NCBI GenBank assembly: GCA_019056785.1
Contig: DXJV01000005.1
Span: 1 to 64,000, forward strand
DNA length: 64,000 nt
DNA from: Candidatus Heimdallarchaeota archaeon
GTDB lineage: Archaea > Asgardarchaeota > Heimdallarchaeia > JABLTI01
Direction of reading: 5' to 3'
In this document: positions 17,574 through 27,054 of the stretch, piece by piece
Position numbering within the stretch: the first letter of the stretch is position 1
Layout of the letters: each line of letters starts with the position of its first letter
Made by a program: the position numbers and the translations under genes
Notes under the pieces: model-generated
What the model was told of the DNA's origin: nothing
Seen by the model: only the letters and a program-made list of their open reading frames with translations
The model's database searches: none

Positions 17574-17846
17574 TTATTCCCTCGATTTTGCCATCTTTAA
17601 AAGTTGGAAAGCCTTTTTCAAGACATTTTTTGAAGAGAGCTGAGGATGATATGTCATCCCATCATCGATTATATTACTAATCGAATAGAGAAAGTTGGTG
17701 AACTCTTCATCGTCTAAAGTTGACTCTAAAGAGCTTATAGCCATTTCTTTTGGGGTTTTTTGTGAAACAAACTTATTATTTGTAGCGCCGGTTCTGTGTG
17801 GTTTTTCGATCAAACTTTTTTTATTCATTTTTAATCGATTAAACAT
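17574..17846 (-). CDS. Hypothetical protein
   Basis: 90-aa ORF co-directional with the downstream gene; no recognisable motif. Confidence 0.5.
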   Translation of the reverse strand: MFNRLKMNKKSLIEKPHRTGATNNKFVSQKTPKEMAISSLESTLDDEEFTNFLYSISNIIDDGMTYHPQLSSKNVLKKAFQLLKMAKSRE

Positions 17847-17972
17847 AACTGATTATAATATTAAAACACCATTCTATTGAAGGATTTTTTCCGCAAAAAA
17901 TACCTTTATTTTTGCTTAAAGCAACAGATTTAATTATAGAAAGTATTATTTATCGGAAAAGAAATTCCAAGA

Positions 17973-18563
17973 ATGTTCCCAAAAAATAATTATCTGATGA
18001 AATGGTGGCTTAGAGTGAAACTATTAGCGAAAGTTGTACTTGCAGGTGACGGTGGTGTTGGAAAAACAACTTTAATACATCGCTATATAACTAATAGTTT
18101 TATTGATTCGACAAAATTAACTATCGGTGCTGCTTTTCACACGCACGAAATAGAAATGGGCGAGCATTCGGTTTTGACACAAATCTGGGACCTTGGGGGA
18201 CAAGAGCAGTTTAAACAGATGGGCCTTTTCGACCGGTATTTTAAAGGCGCAACTGTCACGGTAATAATGTTTGATTTAACTCGTTTAAATACACTTAATA
18301 GCGTCCCTGAATGGGCCGAACTGGCGGTTAACTCGAGTAATACAAAGCTAATCCTTGTAGGCGGGAAAAAGGACTTGGCAAATGGCATTACTTTTACTCT
18401 GGACTCTTTCAAAGATTTAACTGATAAATACAAGTTCGAGTGTTATCATGAGACTTCTTCGGCAACAGGAGAAGGTGTAGCAGACGTTTTTAATTCGATT
18501 GCAAATATTATCATTGATACTACTATTGAAAAACAAAATAACGAAAACAAAGAAAAAGACTAA
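17973..18563 (+). CDS. Rab-like small GTPase
   Basis: GDGGVGKT, TIG, WDLGGQEQF, RYFKGA, GKKD, ETSS; the true start is probably a few codons downstream. Confidence 0.92.
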   Translation: MFPKNNYLMKWWLRVKLLAKVVLAGDGGVGKTTLIHRYITNSFIDSTKLTIGAAFHTHEIEMGEHSVLTQIWDLGGQEQFKQMGLFDRYFKGATVTVIMFDLTRLNTLNSVPEWAELAVNSSNTKLILVGGKKDLANGITFTLDSFKDLTDKYKFECYHETSSATGEGVADVFNSIANIIIDTTIEKQNNENKEKD

Positions 18564-18652
18564 ACAAAATACCCTAATAACTAATTTTTTATAGAGGGAA
18601 GTAGGGAAATATAACACAATTCGCTCATAGTTCGAGATAAATCATTTAAAAG

Positions 18653-19474
18653 GTGAGAGACGAACAAAAGATCTTTTGTTTGAAGGAGCTTTTGAAGAAC
18701 ATGTCCCAAAGACCGGCGATAGCCAATTTGAAGGCGTTGGTAAGCGCCATAATTGCCAATGGAAAAACAGGCAATGTTCGGGCTGTAGTGCAAACCCTAG
18801 ATAATTTTGAGAAACTTACAAAAAATTACCGGAACGATGATGAAATCCGCCTTCTCATTGCTAAAGCCTATCGCCATGCGCTTGATCCGTTTGGTGTTGC
18901 GAAAAAATTCAAAGACTGCGAAAATATGATCGAAAAAATTGAGGGCCTTTTAAAAACAAATTCGAAATCTGAAGAACTACAAGAGGTCTTCAGCGAAGCG
19001 TTAAATGCACTTATTTTTCATTACATTATGAATGAACGCGACAAAGATATTCATAAAACTTTGACTCGCTTAGGACGTTTTGCTTCAAGTCATCAAATTA
19101 ATCCTTTTGTTCAATTTAATTATGCTTTGGCTCTTTCCCAAGTGGCGAGTTATTTTGCTGAGAAGGAAGACAAAGACGTTGCTTATAATATCCTCTGGGA
19201 AATTATTGGCATTGTCACTTTCTATCCCGGGAAAGAAATTCTTACCCAGGTAGCTGATGGGTTGTTGCAGTGTATTAACGTTGTCGGTAATCGTTTGACT
19301 TATTCGGAATTAGAAGATTTGGCAAATAGGATTGACGAATTTATTAATTTCACTAACGAATTTGAAATTCAACAAAAACTAACAAGCTGTCAAGGGAAGA
19401 TATTTCAATATATCGCCGGATTACGAATGCGCTTAGGCTATAGCCCCGACGGAAAAAAAGCCAATATTAAGTAG
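18653..19474 (+). CDS. Hypothetical alpha-helical repeat protein
   Basis: All-helical, with recurring ~40-45-aa helix pairs; lies between two Rab-like GTPases. Confidence 0.72.
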   Translation: MRDEQKIFCLKELLKNMSQRPAIANLKALVSAIIANGKTGNVRAVVQTLDNFEKLTKNYRNDDEIRLLIAKAYRHALDPFGVAKKFKDCENMIEKIEGLLKTNSKSEELQEVFSEALNALIFHYIMNERDKDIHKTLTRLGRFASSHQINPFVQFNYALALSQVASYFAEKEDKDVAYNILWEIIGIVTFYPGKEILTQVADGLLQCINVVGNRLTYSELEDLANRIDEFINFTNEFEIQQKLTSCQGKIFQYIAGLRMRLGYSPDGKKANIK

Positions 19475-20300
19475 TAGAGGCTCGCTCGGTTTTTTCAAGC
19501 ATCTGTTGTAATATATTTTCAAGATGAGCAATTTGAATGATCCCTACCAGTTGTCTGCCCCCAATTAAAATTGTTGGGAGAGCTGTTACACCATATGCTT
19601 TTGCAATCGTAGGGTCCTTTTCAGCGTCGATCGTTTCCACTTCGAGGGCGAATTTTTTCCCAACTTTTTCGATGTGATTGACTGCAACCTGTGACCAGGC
19701 ATCATCCTTTTTAACAAAGAACAATATCTTAGCTGATTTCTCTTTATGGATTCTCGGCGAGAGATCCGGAAGGGGCAATAATCCACTAATTATTTCCTGG
19801 ACAATGAGATTGAATGCCGCATCAACATTTGTATCTGTCTTTGCACTTGTAAAGATTACATTTGCTTTAGAAAGCGGTGTATCACCTAAAAACCTCATAT
19901 CAAATGCTAAAGGTGTATTGTGCCTTTGTGCCAGGTCTAATTTTGTTCCTACGAGGACAATTGGAACGGAATCTTTGTTTGCCTTACAAAGATCTTCATA
20001 CCACCCAGGAAGATTAGCAAATGTCTTGGGATTGGTAAGGTCATAAGTGAGTAAAGCACCAGAAGCACCCTGAAGATATCGCAGACCAATTTGTCGTCTA
20101 CTTTTTTGCCCAGCAATGTCCCAAATTAAAAGTTTAACATGAACATCGGGATATTCAAAGGTTCTCACATAGAAATTTACACCAAGGGTTGTCATGTAAT
20201 CTTTCTGAAAAGTATCGAAAATGTACCGTCGAACTAGGCTGGTCTTCCCTACACCAGGGTCGCCCAATAAAACTATCTTCCGTTGGTACATTTTAACCAT
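19467..20300 (-). CDS. Rab-like GTPase fused to a C-terminal thioredoxin-like domain
   Basis: GDPGVGKT, TTLGVNF, WDIAGQ, TKLD, TSAK; C-terminal ILFFVKKDDAWS...IDAEKDPTIAKAYGVTALPTILI. Confidence 0.9.
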   Translation of the reverse strand: MVKMYQRKIVLLGDPGVGKTSLVRRYIFDTFQKDYMTTLGVNFYVRTFEYPDVHVKLLIWDIAGQKSRRQIGLRYLQGASGALLTYDLTNPKTFANLPGWYEDLCKANKDSVPIVLVGTKLDLAQRHNTPLAFDMRFLGDTPLSKANVIFTSAKTDTNVDAAFNLIVQEIISGLLPLPDLSPRIHKEKSAKILFFVKKDDAWSQVAVNHIEKVGKKFALEVETIDAEKDPTIAKAYGVTALPTILIGGRQLVGIIQIAHLENILQQMLEKTERASTT

Positions 20301-20373
20301 TTGTATTTGTCCCTCAATTGCTTGTTTATTGTAAGCTTTTTGTAGGTTTTGTTTTCGGCATTAATTTTGCTTC

Positions 20374-21294
20374 TTAGCCTGTGGTAAGAATCTCACAGCC
20401 AGTGGCGGTAATCATGATCGTGTGTTCTGCTTGAGCCACCGGTGTGTTATTTTTACTCAAAAGTATTGGATAGCGGGTAAGCGTTTTGTAAGAAATAAGT
20501 TCTTTAAGTGCTTCAAATAGCCTTGTCTCAGGCAAAAGTCCCTCCAACCAACGAATGGCAAAAGGCAAGCCCTTAAATGAGTTAATTTTCTCGAGAAGTT
20601 TTTTCGCATCCTCTGATTTTGCTTTTGAGCCATTTTGAGAGAAGATATAAGTATAATTCTGATCCTTCACTTCTCGCGAACCATTAGCAGTTGTAACGAA
20701 TGGTTCTATCGCCAGAATGTCTCCTTCCTTTAGTTTAGGCGCAAAGAAATCCATTTTTGCTTTAAAATTAGGGATGCTAATTCCTGCATGTAATTTCCAC
20801 CGCTTAATTACATGTCCGGTGAGGTCCGTGATGGGCGTTAACCCTTCTTTTGTTATTGTATTTTCAATGACTTCGCCTATGTCGCTTGGCCGAATGCCTG
20901 GTTTAATAACTTCGATTGCTTTTTCAAGTGCTAGCTCAGCAACCCGTCGTAGTTGCTGGTAGGTTTTGGTTCCTCCAACAAGAAAGGTTCGGGCATGATC
21001 CGAGATGTAGCCATCGATATGTGCTCCGAGGTCTATTTTAACAATTGCTCTTTCTGGGACTAAAAGATCATCATCAATTGGCGAGGTATAATGGGCGGCT
21101 ATTTGATTTATTGAGATATTCACAGGAAAAGCAGGTTTGCCACCTTGTCTCATAATTTCTTGTTCCAAGGTGTCACAAATATATTTGAGCTTCCGCCCTT
21201 TTGAGACCAGTTTCTTGGCTTTTCGCATTACTTTATGAGCAATTATCCCGGCCTCGCGATATAAAGCAATTTCATCTTCGGTTAATTCTGACAA
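20374..21294 (-). CDS. map: Methionine aminopeptidase type II
   Basis: AFPVNISINQIAAHY, KIDLGAHIDGYISD, LTGH, LHAG, AIEPF, AQAEHT. Confidence 0.96.
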   Translation of the reverse strand: MSELTEDEIALYREAGIIAHKVMRKAKKLVSKGRKLKYICDTLEQEIMRQGGKPAFPVNISINQIAAHYTSPIDDDLLVPERAIVKIDLGAHIDGYISDHARTFLVGGTKTYQQLRRVAELALEKAIEVIKPGIRPSDIGEVIENTITKEGLTPITDLTGHVIKRWKLHAGISIPNFKAKMDFFAPKLKEGDILAIEPFVTTANGSREVKDQNYTYIFSQNGSKAKSEDAKKLLEKINSFKGLPFAIRWLEGLLPETRLFEALKELISYKTLTRYPILLSKNNTPVAQAEHTIMITATGCEILTTG

Positions 21295-21375
21295 ATGTTT
21301 CTAACACCTAATTATTTCACTAATGAATATCTAATCAAGAATTCATCATACTAATAAGTTTTGAGAAAGTTCTTT

Positions 21376-22221
21376 TTACTTTTGAAATAAATTCTTTAAC
21401 CAGGACCAAAAGGCAATGGCTAGACTTTTCAACTCATACTTTTCTGGAAGCTGCCAGAGCATCCAAGAAGGAAGTGGGTATTGTTTAATTACTTGGAGGA
21501 GAAAGAGCGCAAATAACCCAAATAAAAGAAGGAGTGTGAGATAATCCCACCATTTGAGTCGTAATGAATACAAAAAGGTGCGTTTCTTCATTGCATTCCA
21601 TCCTCGGGATTCAATGGCCTCTGCAAGCTGCCATGAGCGACGAAAAGCAGAAGCAAAAATGGGAATAAGTAAAGGAATCATATTTTTTAAACGTTTGAAA
21701 ATATTCCCACGATCGATTTGCAGTCCCCTTGCTTTCTGAGCGGCAACAATAATAGCTGTCTCTTTTGTTAAAGTAGGAATGAACCTATAAGCCGTACTAA
21801 TGGCCCAGGCAAGAGAATAGGGAAACCTAAATTTAATGAACATTTGAGAAAGCTCGTCTGGTGAAACCGTTTGAAAGAAAATGCCAAACACTTCAGCCAG
21901 AATCAAAAAGCGAAACCCCATAGCAAGTCCGGCTGTGGTTGGTGAGGGGACGTTTTTCAATAAGAGAGCATTAAGAATTATGATCAAGAGCACCAAAGGT
22001 AAAACTGTAATCATTGCTCGCAACCATTTCTTGAAAAACTTTGCAAGGAGGACTAAGGGGGTCACACCAGCAAAAAGAAGCATCAATGGGACAAGGTCTC
22101 TAAAAAGAATGGTGTAACAAGTTAAAACTATAACGAAAAGCATTTTTGTTCGGGGATCGAAGCGATGGATAAGCGACTTGTCTTGCTCATAATTGAAATA
22201 CTCTAAAATTCGTGTGCTCAT
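21376..22221 (-). CDS. ecfT: ECF transporter T component
   Basis: DPRTK, RFIPTL, AQKARG, AIESRG. Confidence 0.92.
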   Translation of the reverse strand: MSTRILEYFNYEQDKSLIHRFDPRTKMLFVIVLTCYTILFRDLVPLMLLFAGVTPLVLLAKFFKKWLRAMITVLPLVLLIIILNALLLKNVPSPTTAGLAMGFRFLILAEVFGIFFQTVSPDELSQMFIKFRFPYSLAWAISTAYRFIPTLTKETAIIVAAQKARGLQIDRGNIFKRLKNMIPLLIPIFASAFRRSWQLAEAIESRGWNAMKKRTFLYSLRLKWWDYLTLLLLFGLFALFLLQVIKQYPLPSWMLWQLPEKYELKSLAIAFWSWLKNLFQK

Positions 22222-23066
22222 TTTTTACCCTCCTGAGACGCCGCTTGAAGTAGAATATCCTTAAACTTTTCAATGAATTCTACTTCCGATGTTGCCGGTA
22301 AGTATTCTTGGTTGGTCATTTTTGCAACTTTCTCTTGGATTTCCAATAAAATGGGTTTTTCCAAGTCCGCTTGTTGTATTAACAACTCATCCTGCAGGAT
22401 TGTCTTTGACTCACCGTCAGCAATTATTTGTCCATCAACCAAAACAATTACTCGAGGGAAGTAGTCTAGGATAAAATCTATGTCGTGAGTAACAATGAAT
22501 ACTGTTATACCTTTGTTTCTCAAATCGCATAAATAGGTGCCAAGTCTTTTCTTCTGCCGGTAATCTTGCCCAAAAGTGGGTTCATCAAGAACCAAAATCT
22601 TTTGCCCCATAGTCAAAACAGAGGCGATAGAAACAAGTCTTCGTTCTCCTCCAGAAAGCTCTAAAGGACTTTTCTGAAGTAAATGAGTAATATTAAAATT
22701 TTCAGCAATTTTTTGAACCATTCGCTCCTGTTCCTCTTCCGGCATTCCAAGATTTTTGGGGCCAAATGCTAATTCTTTTTCAACGGTTTCCGCGAAGAGT
22801 TGATGATTCGGATTTTGAAAAGCCAAGCCAACTGTTTGTGCTAATTCAGAAATGGGCTTTTTAATGATGTTTTCATTATTTATCCACACTTCTCCTTTCG
22901 TGGGCTTTAATAGGCCAATTATGTGTTTTAAGAGCGTTGTTTTTCCTGCGCCGTTTTTCCCAACAAGCGCAACTAATTCTCCATCGGTTATTTTAAAACT
23001 AATGCCTTTCAAAACATCGGGATTTTTTTTAGCATACCGGAAATAAACGTCTCGAAATTCTATCAT
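22218..23066 (-). CDS. ecfA: ECF transporter ATPase (A')
   Basis: GKNGAGKTT, FQNP, LSGGE, LDEPT, THD. Confidence 0.92.
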   Translation of the reverse strand: MIEFRDVYFRYAKKNPDVLKGISFKITDGELVALVGKNGAGKTTLLKHIIGLLKPTKGEVWINNENIIKKPISELAQTVGLAFQNPNHQLFAETVEKELAFGPKNLGMPEEEQERMVQKIAENFNITHLLQKSPLELSGGERRLVSIASVLTMGQKILVLDEPTFGQDYRQKKRLGTYLCDLRNKGITVFIVTHDIDFILDYFPRVIVLVDGQIIADGESKTILQDELLIQQADLEKPILLEIQEKVAKMTNQEYLPATSEVEFIEKFKDILLQAASQEGKK

Positions 23067-23953
23067 ACGCTTTCTCTCCCTCCTTTGATAAACAATAAAA
23101 AGTCATCAATAGTCAGCGGTTCTGGGACTGCCAGTAGTTGTTTGCGGTGCTTTTCCGGGAGAATGGCAAAATTATCAGTTACTTTTTTGAGCTGTTCGTA
23201 TAAGCTTGTAATTCTGGGATATAATTCGAGTGGATAGTTCTTGTTGTGCAGTACCTCTCTTGGTGGTCCAAAGGCTTTCAATTGTCCAGATTCAATATAC
23301 GCAATTTTAGTAACATATTGTAGATTCCTATCCAATCGATGTTCCGAAAGAATAACAGTTTTTCCTTGTTCTCGATTTAACTCGGCAATTTTTTTAATAA
23401 TTTTGGTGGCACTTTGTGGTGAAAGGTGGGAGGTTGTTTCATCGAAAACAAGAATGGGTGGGTCAAGAGCAAGTGCAGAACCAATTGCTGTTAGTTGTTG
23501 TTCTCCACCTGAAATGGCAAAAGGTGATTTATCCTGTATTTTTTCGAGGTCTAATAATGCAATAATCTCATTAACTCGGCGCCTTATCTCCTGTCGTGGA
23601 ATGGCAAAATTCTCAAGTGGAAAAGCAATCTCGCGTTCCACAGTTAAAGCCGATAATTGGTTCTCAGGGTTTTGAAAAACAAAGCCGATAGTTTTGGCAA
23701 GTTGCGCGGTCTTTTTCTCGGCAATACTCTCACCAAATAACTTGACATCCCCCCCAAACAGCCCAGAATAAAAATGCGGGATTAATCCATTCAATGTTTT
23801 CAAAAGGGTCGATTTCCCAGAGCCACTATAGCCAACCAGGAGAACAAAATCCCCTTGTGCAACTTGAAAATTAACATTCTCCAGAGCAAATTTGTCGCAA
23901 TTTTTGTACTTGAAAGTGACATTTTTGAGCTCAATCACAGGAGTGTATGTCAT
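23063..23953 (-). CDS. ecfA: ECF transporter ATPase (A)
   Basis: GYSGSGKST, LNGLIPH, FQNPENQ, ISGGE, FDETT, SEHR. Confidence 0.92.
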   Translation of the reverse strand: MTYTPVIELKNVTFKYKNCDKFALENVNFQVAQGDFVLLVGYSGSGKSTLLKTLNGLIPHFYSGLFGGDVKLFGESIAEKKTAQLAKTIGFVFQNPENQLSALTVEREIAFPLENFAIPRQEIRRRVNEIIALLDLEKIQDKSPFAISGGEQQLTAIGSALALDPPILVFDETTSHLSPQSATKIIKKIAELNREQGKTVILSEHRLDRNLQYVTKIAYIESGQLKAFGPPREVLHNKNYPLELYPRITSLYEQLKKVTDNFAILPEKHRKQLLAVPEPLTIDDFLLFIKGGRESV

Positions 23954-23977
23954 TTTTCCTGAACCTTGTTCTTACCC

Positions 23978-24991
23978 TTATTTCAAACACTTTCTCAGCA
24001 GTTTAAAAGTTTCGTTCTTCAACTCATTTTCGGGAATTTCTGCTTCGATGGTTAATGCTGCTGCGGTGGAATGGCCGCCACCATCACCATGGAAGTGTTC
24101 CCCCAAGGGGCGCATAATATCACTTCCAAAATTGATGTTTGTTTCCCGATAAAAGTTACTTGTTGCTCGAACGATTAAACGAGTGAGTTTTTTACGCTTT
24201 GTATAAACAAGAGCAACATCTGCTCCTAAATCTAGAATTCCTCGGGCAGCAGAACCCTCATAAGAACCAACTCGACTCCAGACTATGACCCAATTATTCA
24301 GTTTTTCTAATTGCAATCTCGAAGCACACTTTAATCTTGCGATTTTCTCAGGCGGTTCCAAAGGGTTTTGCAGTAAAGAGACTGCTAAATCATAGTCACC
24401 TCCCAGTTCAATTAAGGTTCCGGTTGTCCGTAATAAGGAGAGGTTCAGATGATAAAACCGGCGACTGTCGTATATAATCCCTGCTAACAAAGCTGTTAAG
24501 AGTTTTTTTGGCGGTTTTAATCCTAATTCAATAATTAGCTCAGCAATTATTTCTGCGGTGGAGGATTTGTTTTCATCTATAAATGCAAGGGCATTTTTTT
24601 CGCTTAGTTCGGAAGGAGTGTGATGATCAATAATAATAACATCTTTTTCGAGATGTTTTTCCACCAATGATTTGAATTTCCCGAGCTGGATAAGAACATT
24701 CACATCGACAATTATTAGTAAGTCATACTCTTTGTCAGTTTTTGTTAGGTATTCTCTATTGTAGAAATCCATTAATCTTGTAGTATGAGGGCTGACGCCG
24801 TCAACTAAAATGTCAATTGTTGCTTTGGGCTGTAAATGCTCAAGAATAAATGCCATTGCAAAGGTTGAAGCAATAGAATCAGGATCAACGCTATTATGCC
24901 CCAGGATAGCAACAGACTGCAATTGTCTTGAGCGAAGCTCATTAATTAATTGTGTGTACCAATTCACTGAGAAAAATTCTCCTTTAGCCAT
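23978..24991 (-). CDS. DHH/DHHA1 phosphoesterase
   Basis: GHNSVDPDS, IIVD, IIDHH, GIIYDS, GGGH..AA. Confidence 0.92.
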   Translation of the reverse strand: MAKGEFFSVNWYTQLINELRSRQLQSVAILGHNSVDPDSIASTFAMAFILEHLQPKATIDILVDGVSPHTTRLMDFYNREYLTKTDKEYDLLIIVDVNVLIQLGKFKSLVEKHLEKDVIIIDHHTPSELSEKNALAFIDENKSSTAEIIAELIIELGLKPPKKLLTALLAGIIYDSRRFYHLNLSLLRTTGTLIELGGDYDLAVSLLQNPLEPPEKIARLKCASRLQLEKLNNWVIVWSRVGSYEGSAARGILDLGADVALVYTKRKKLTRLIVRATSNFYRETNINFGSDIMRPLGEHFHGDGGGHSTAAALTIEAEIPENELKNETFKLLRKCLK

Positions 24992-25281
24992 TGATCCAAG
25001 TTTGCAAAGGTTTCTTCTAAAATCTTTTGAATAACTTCTTCTTCAGCTTTCTGACGCTGAGGTCGCGTCAGTAGTAATTCGGCATTAATAATCAATTCTT
25101 TACCGGTATTGTAATTGACATCCACAATAATTTCGTAATTCTTTACTGTTGCTGGAGCAACTCGCTTTTCGAGAGTGGTATGAATGAAAGAATGCACTGT
25201 TTCTGAAATCTTGAGTAGGTCGTCCTCTGTGAGTTCCCGCAAACCAAGATTTACTATTGCTAACTTTTTTTCGTCTTTCAC
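24964..25281 (-). CDS. Conserved archaeal protein (DUF3194-like)
   Basis: LGLRELTEDDL..ISE pattern; position between pfdB and DHH matches the conserved archaeal gene order. Confidence 0.65.
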   Translation of the reverse strand: MKDEKKLAIVNLGLRELTEDDLLKISETVHSFIHTTLEKRVAPATVKNYEIIVDVNYNTGKELIINAELLLTRPQRQKAEEEVIQKILEETFANLDQWLKENFSQ

Positions 25282-25312
25282 GAGAATCTACCAAAAAGTT
25301 AGTAAGTATGGT

Positions 25313-25663
25313 TTATTTACCACCTTCGAAAGCGGCTTTCAGCTCTTTCTCAATCTCATCGAATTGCTTCTTGAGTTTGTTCAAGCTCTTTTCTGAAAGT
25401 TCTATGCGCGTTTTAGCTAATTCTTTTTGATCTTTCAGTTTAGTTTTCGTTTCTTTAATGGTAGATTTTACCAGTAACCGCCCGATGCTTCGATAACAAA
25501 TCTCATCATCAGGTCGCTCTTCAATTTCCTTTAAAGCTTTATCGATATCCATTTGTTCAATTTTCAGTGCTTGTATCTGTTGTTGCACTGAACCAATTTG
25601 CTGTTGGAGAGATTGGTAACGTTTAATTTTTTCCTCTAATTGTGGGCTTAATCCTTTTGCCAA
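25313..25663 (-). CDS. pfdB: Prefoldin beta subunit
   Basis: SPQLEEKIKRYQSLQQQ...ALKEIE...YRSIGRLLVK; TTG at 25663 preceded by AGGAGG. Confidence 0.93.
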   Translation of the reverse strand: MAKGLSPQLEEKIKRYQSLQQQIGSVQQQIQALKIEQMDIDKALKEIEERPDDEICYRSIGRLLVKSTIKETKTKLKDQKELAKTRIELSEKSLNKLKKQFDEIEKELKAAFEGGK

Positions 25664-25824
25664 AGGGAATCCTCCTTTTATCTGATTTACAACAACGAAA
25701 AGTGCCTTTAAATAAACTTTCGGTAGCAATCATAAAGAAGGAGAAAAGTTTTTTCTTTTCATTATCCAAATTTTTTTAATTATGTTGTGTCAATTCCTTT
25801 TTTACAAAGTCCAAAAAGGATTAA

Positions 25825-27054
25825 TTGCGGATGACTGTCTACTTGGCTTTTCTGTTGCACATTTACCAACCTCCTACACAGAAAGCAAAAGTGTTAAAAC
25901 AAGTCATTAAGGAATCTTATGAACCTCTTTTTGCAACCTTGCTAAATTATACTTCTACCAAATTGACCTTTAATATCAATGGTTCGTTACTCGAGTTACT
26001 CGAGTTATATCAAGAAGAAGGGTTATTGGGTGACATCCGGAAAGCTGTTTTTTCCGGTCAGATTGATTTAGTTGGTTCGAGTTGTTATCATGCCATTTTA
26101 CCATTAATACCAAAAGAAGAGATTATTCGCCAAATCGAACTGAATGAAAAACTTCATGATAGAATCCTGGGACAAGGGGCAATCGCTTCTCACGGTTTTT
26201 GGCTTCCAGAGATGGCTTACGATCATCGGGTTATTGAACCCCTCGTCGAGAAAAATTATGCTTGGAGTGTTCTCTCGAGTGTTGCTTTACCAACAAAGGA
26301 ATTGCCCCAAAATTTCATCCCCACAGTGAACGGTTCCTTTTCTACTTTTTTCAGAAATGACCTTCTCTCAAATTTCATTTCTTTTAAACATCCAACTGTT
26401 GAGAACTTTTTTAACCAGATGCTTAAAGGGAAAAATGTCCGAGAAGATAGTTATGTCATTCTGGCAATGGATGGGGAGACATATGGCCATCACGTGAAGG
26501 GGCTTGTTGAAGACTTTCTTGCACCATTGATCTCTAAAGTACAAGACGATCCTGATGTAACTTTTGCGAAGATAGCTGATTTGCCGGCATTGTTTAAAGA
26601 GCGACGGGCAGTTGTTCCACGTTCAAGTTCATGGTCAACAACAGAGGAAGACATTCAACGTGGGATACCTTTTCCCTTGTGGTCTGACCCGAATAATCAT
26701 ATTCACAATTTACAACTATTGGTAATGAACCATACCCTTCATTTGGTGGCAACGGCACAACAGTACCAAAAGCTGAAAAAATTCGCCCAGGAAGAAACTA
26801 TTCAGCAGAAGTTTCAGAATTCCCGTTCATGGTTAGACCGGGGATTGCACAGTTGTCAACTCTGGTGGGCATCAAAACGCCCCTGGTATTCTGCGGAAAT
26901 GATTTTGGAAGGTTTGAATCAGCTGATTCTGGCAGCATCTGAAGCATTAAAAGTTATTCTTTTTACAAGCGAAAAGGAGGAAGAGAAAAAGAAAGCTATG
27001 GCTATTTTTGATGAAATTTTTCACGCACAAAAAGAGATTTACTTAACTGTTTAA
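25825..27054 (+). CDS. Glycoside hydrolase family 57
   Basis: LHIYQP, HAILPL, FWLPE (nucleophile), MDGETYGHH (acid/base), SSW, HSC..WWA. Confidence 0.92.
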   Translation: MRMTVYLAFLLHIYQPPTQKAKVLKQVIKESYEPLFATLLNYTSTKLTFNINGSLLELLELYQEEGLLGDIRKAVFSGQIDLVGSSCYHAILPLIPKEEIIRQIELNEKLHDRILGQGAIASHGFWLPEMAYDHRVIEPLVEKNYAWSVLSSVALPTKELPQNFIPTVNGSFSTFFRNDLLSNFISFKHPTVENFFNQMLKGKNVREDSYVILAMDGETYGHHVKGLVEDFLAPLISKVQDDPDVTFAKIADLPALFKERRAVVPRSSSWSTTEEDIQRGIPFPLWSDPNNHIHNLQLLVMNHTLHLVATAQQYQKLKKFAQEETIQQKFQNSRSWLDRGLHSCQLWWASKRPWYSAEMILEGLNQLILAASEALKVILFTSEKEEEKKKAMAIFDEIFHAQKEIYLTV

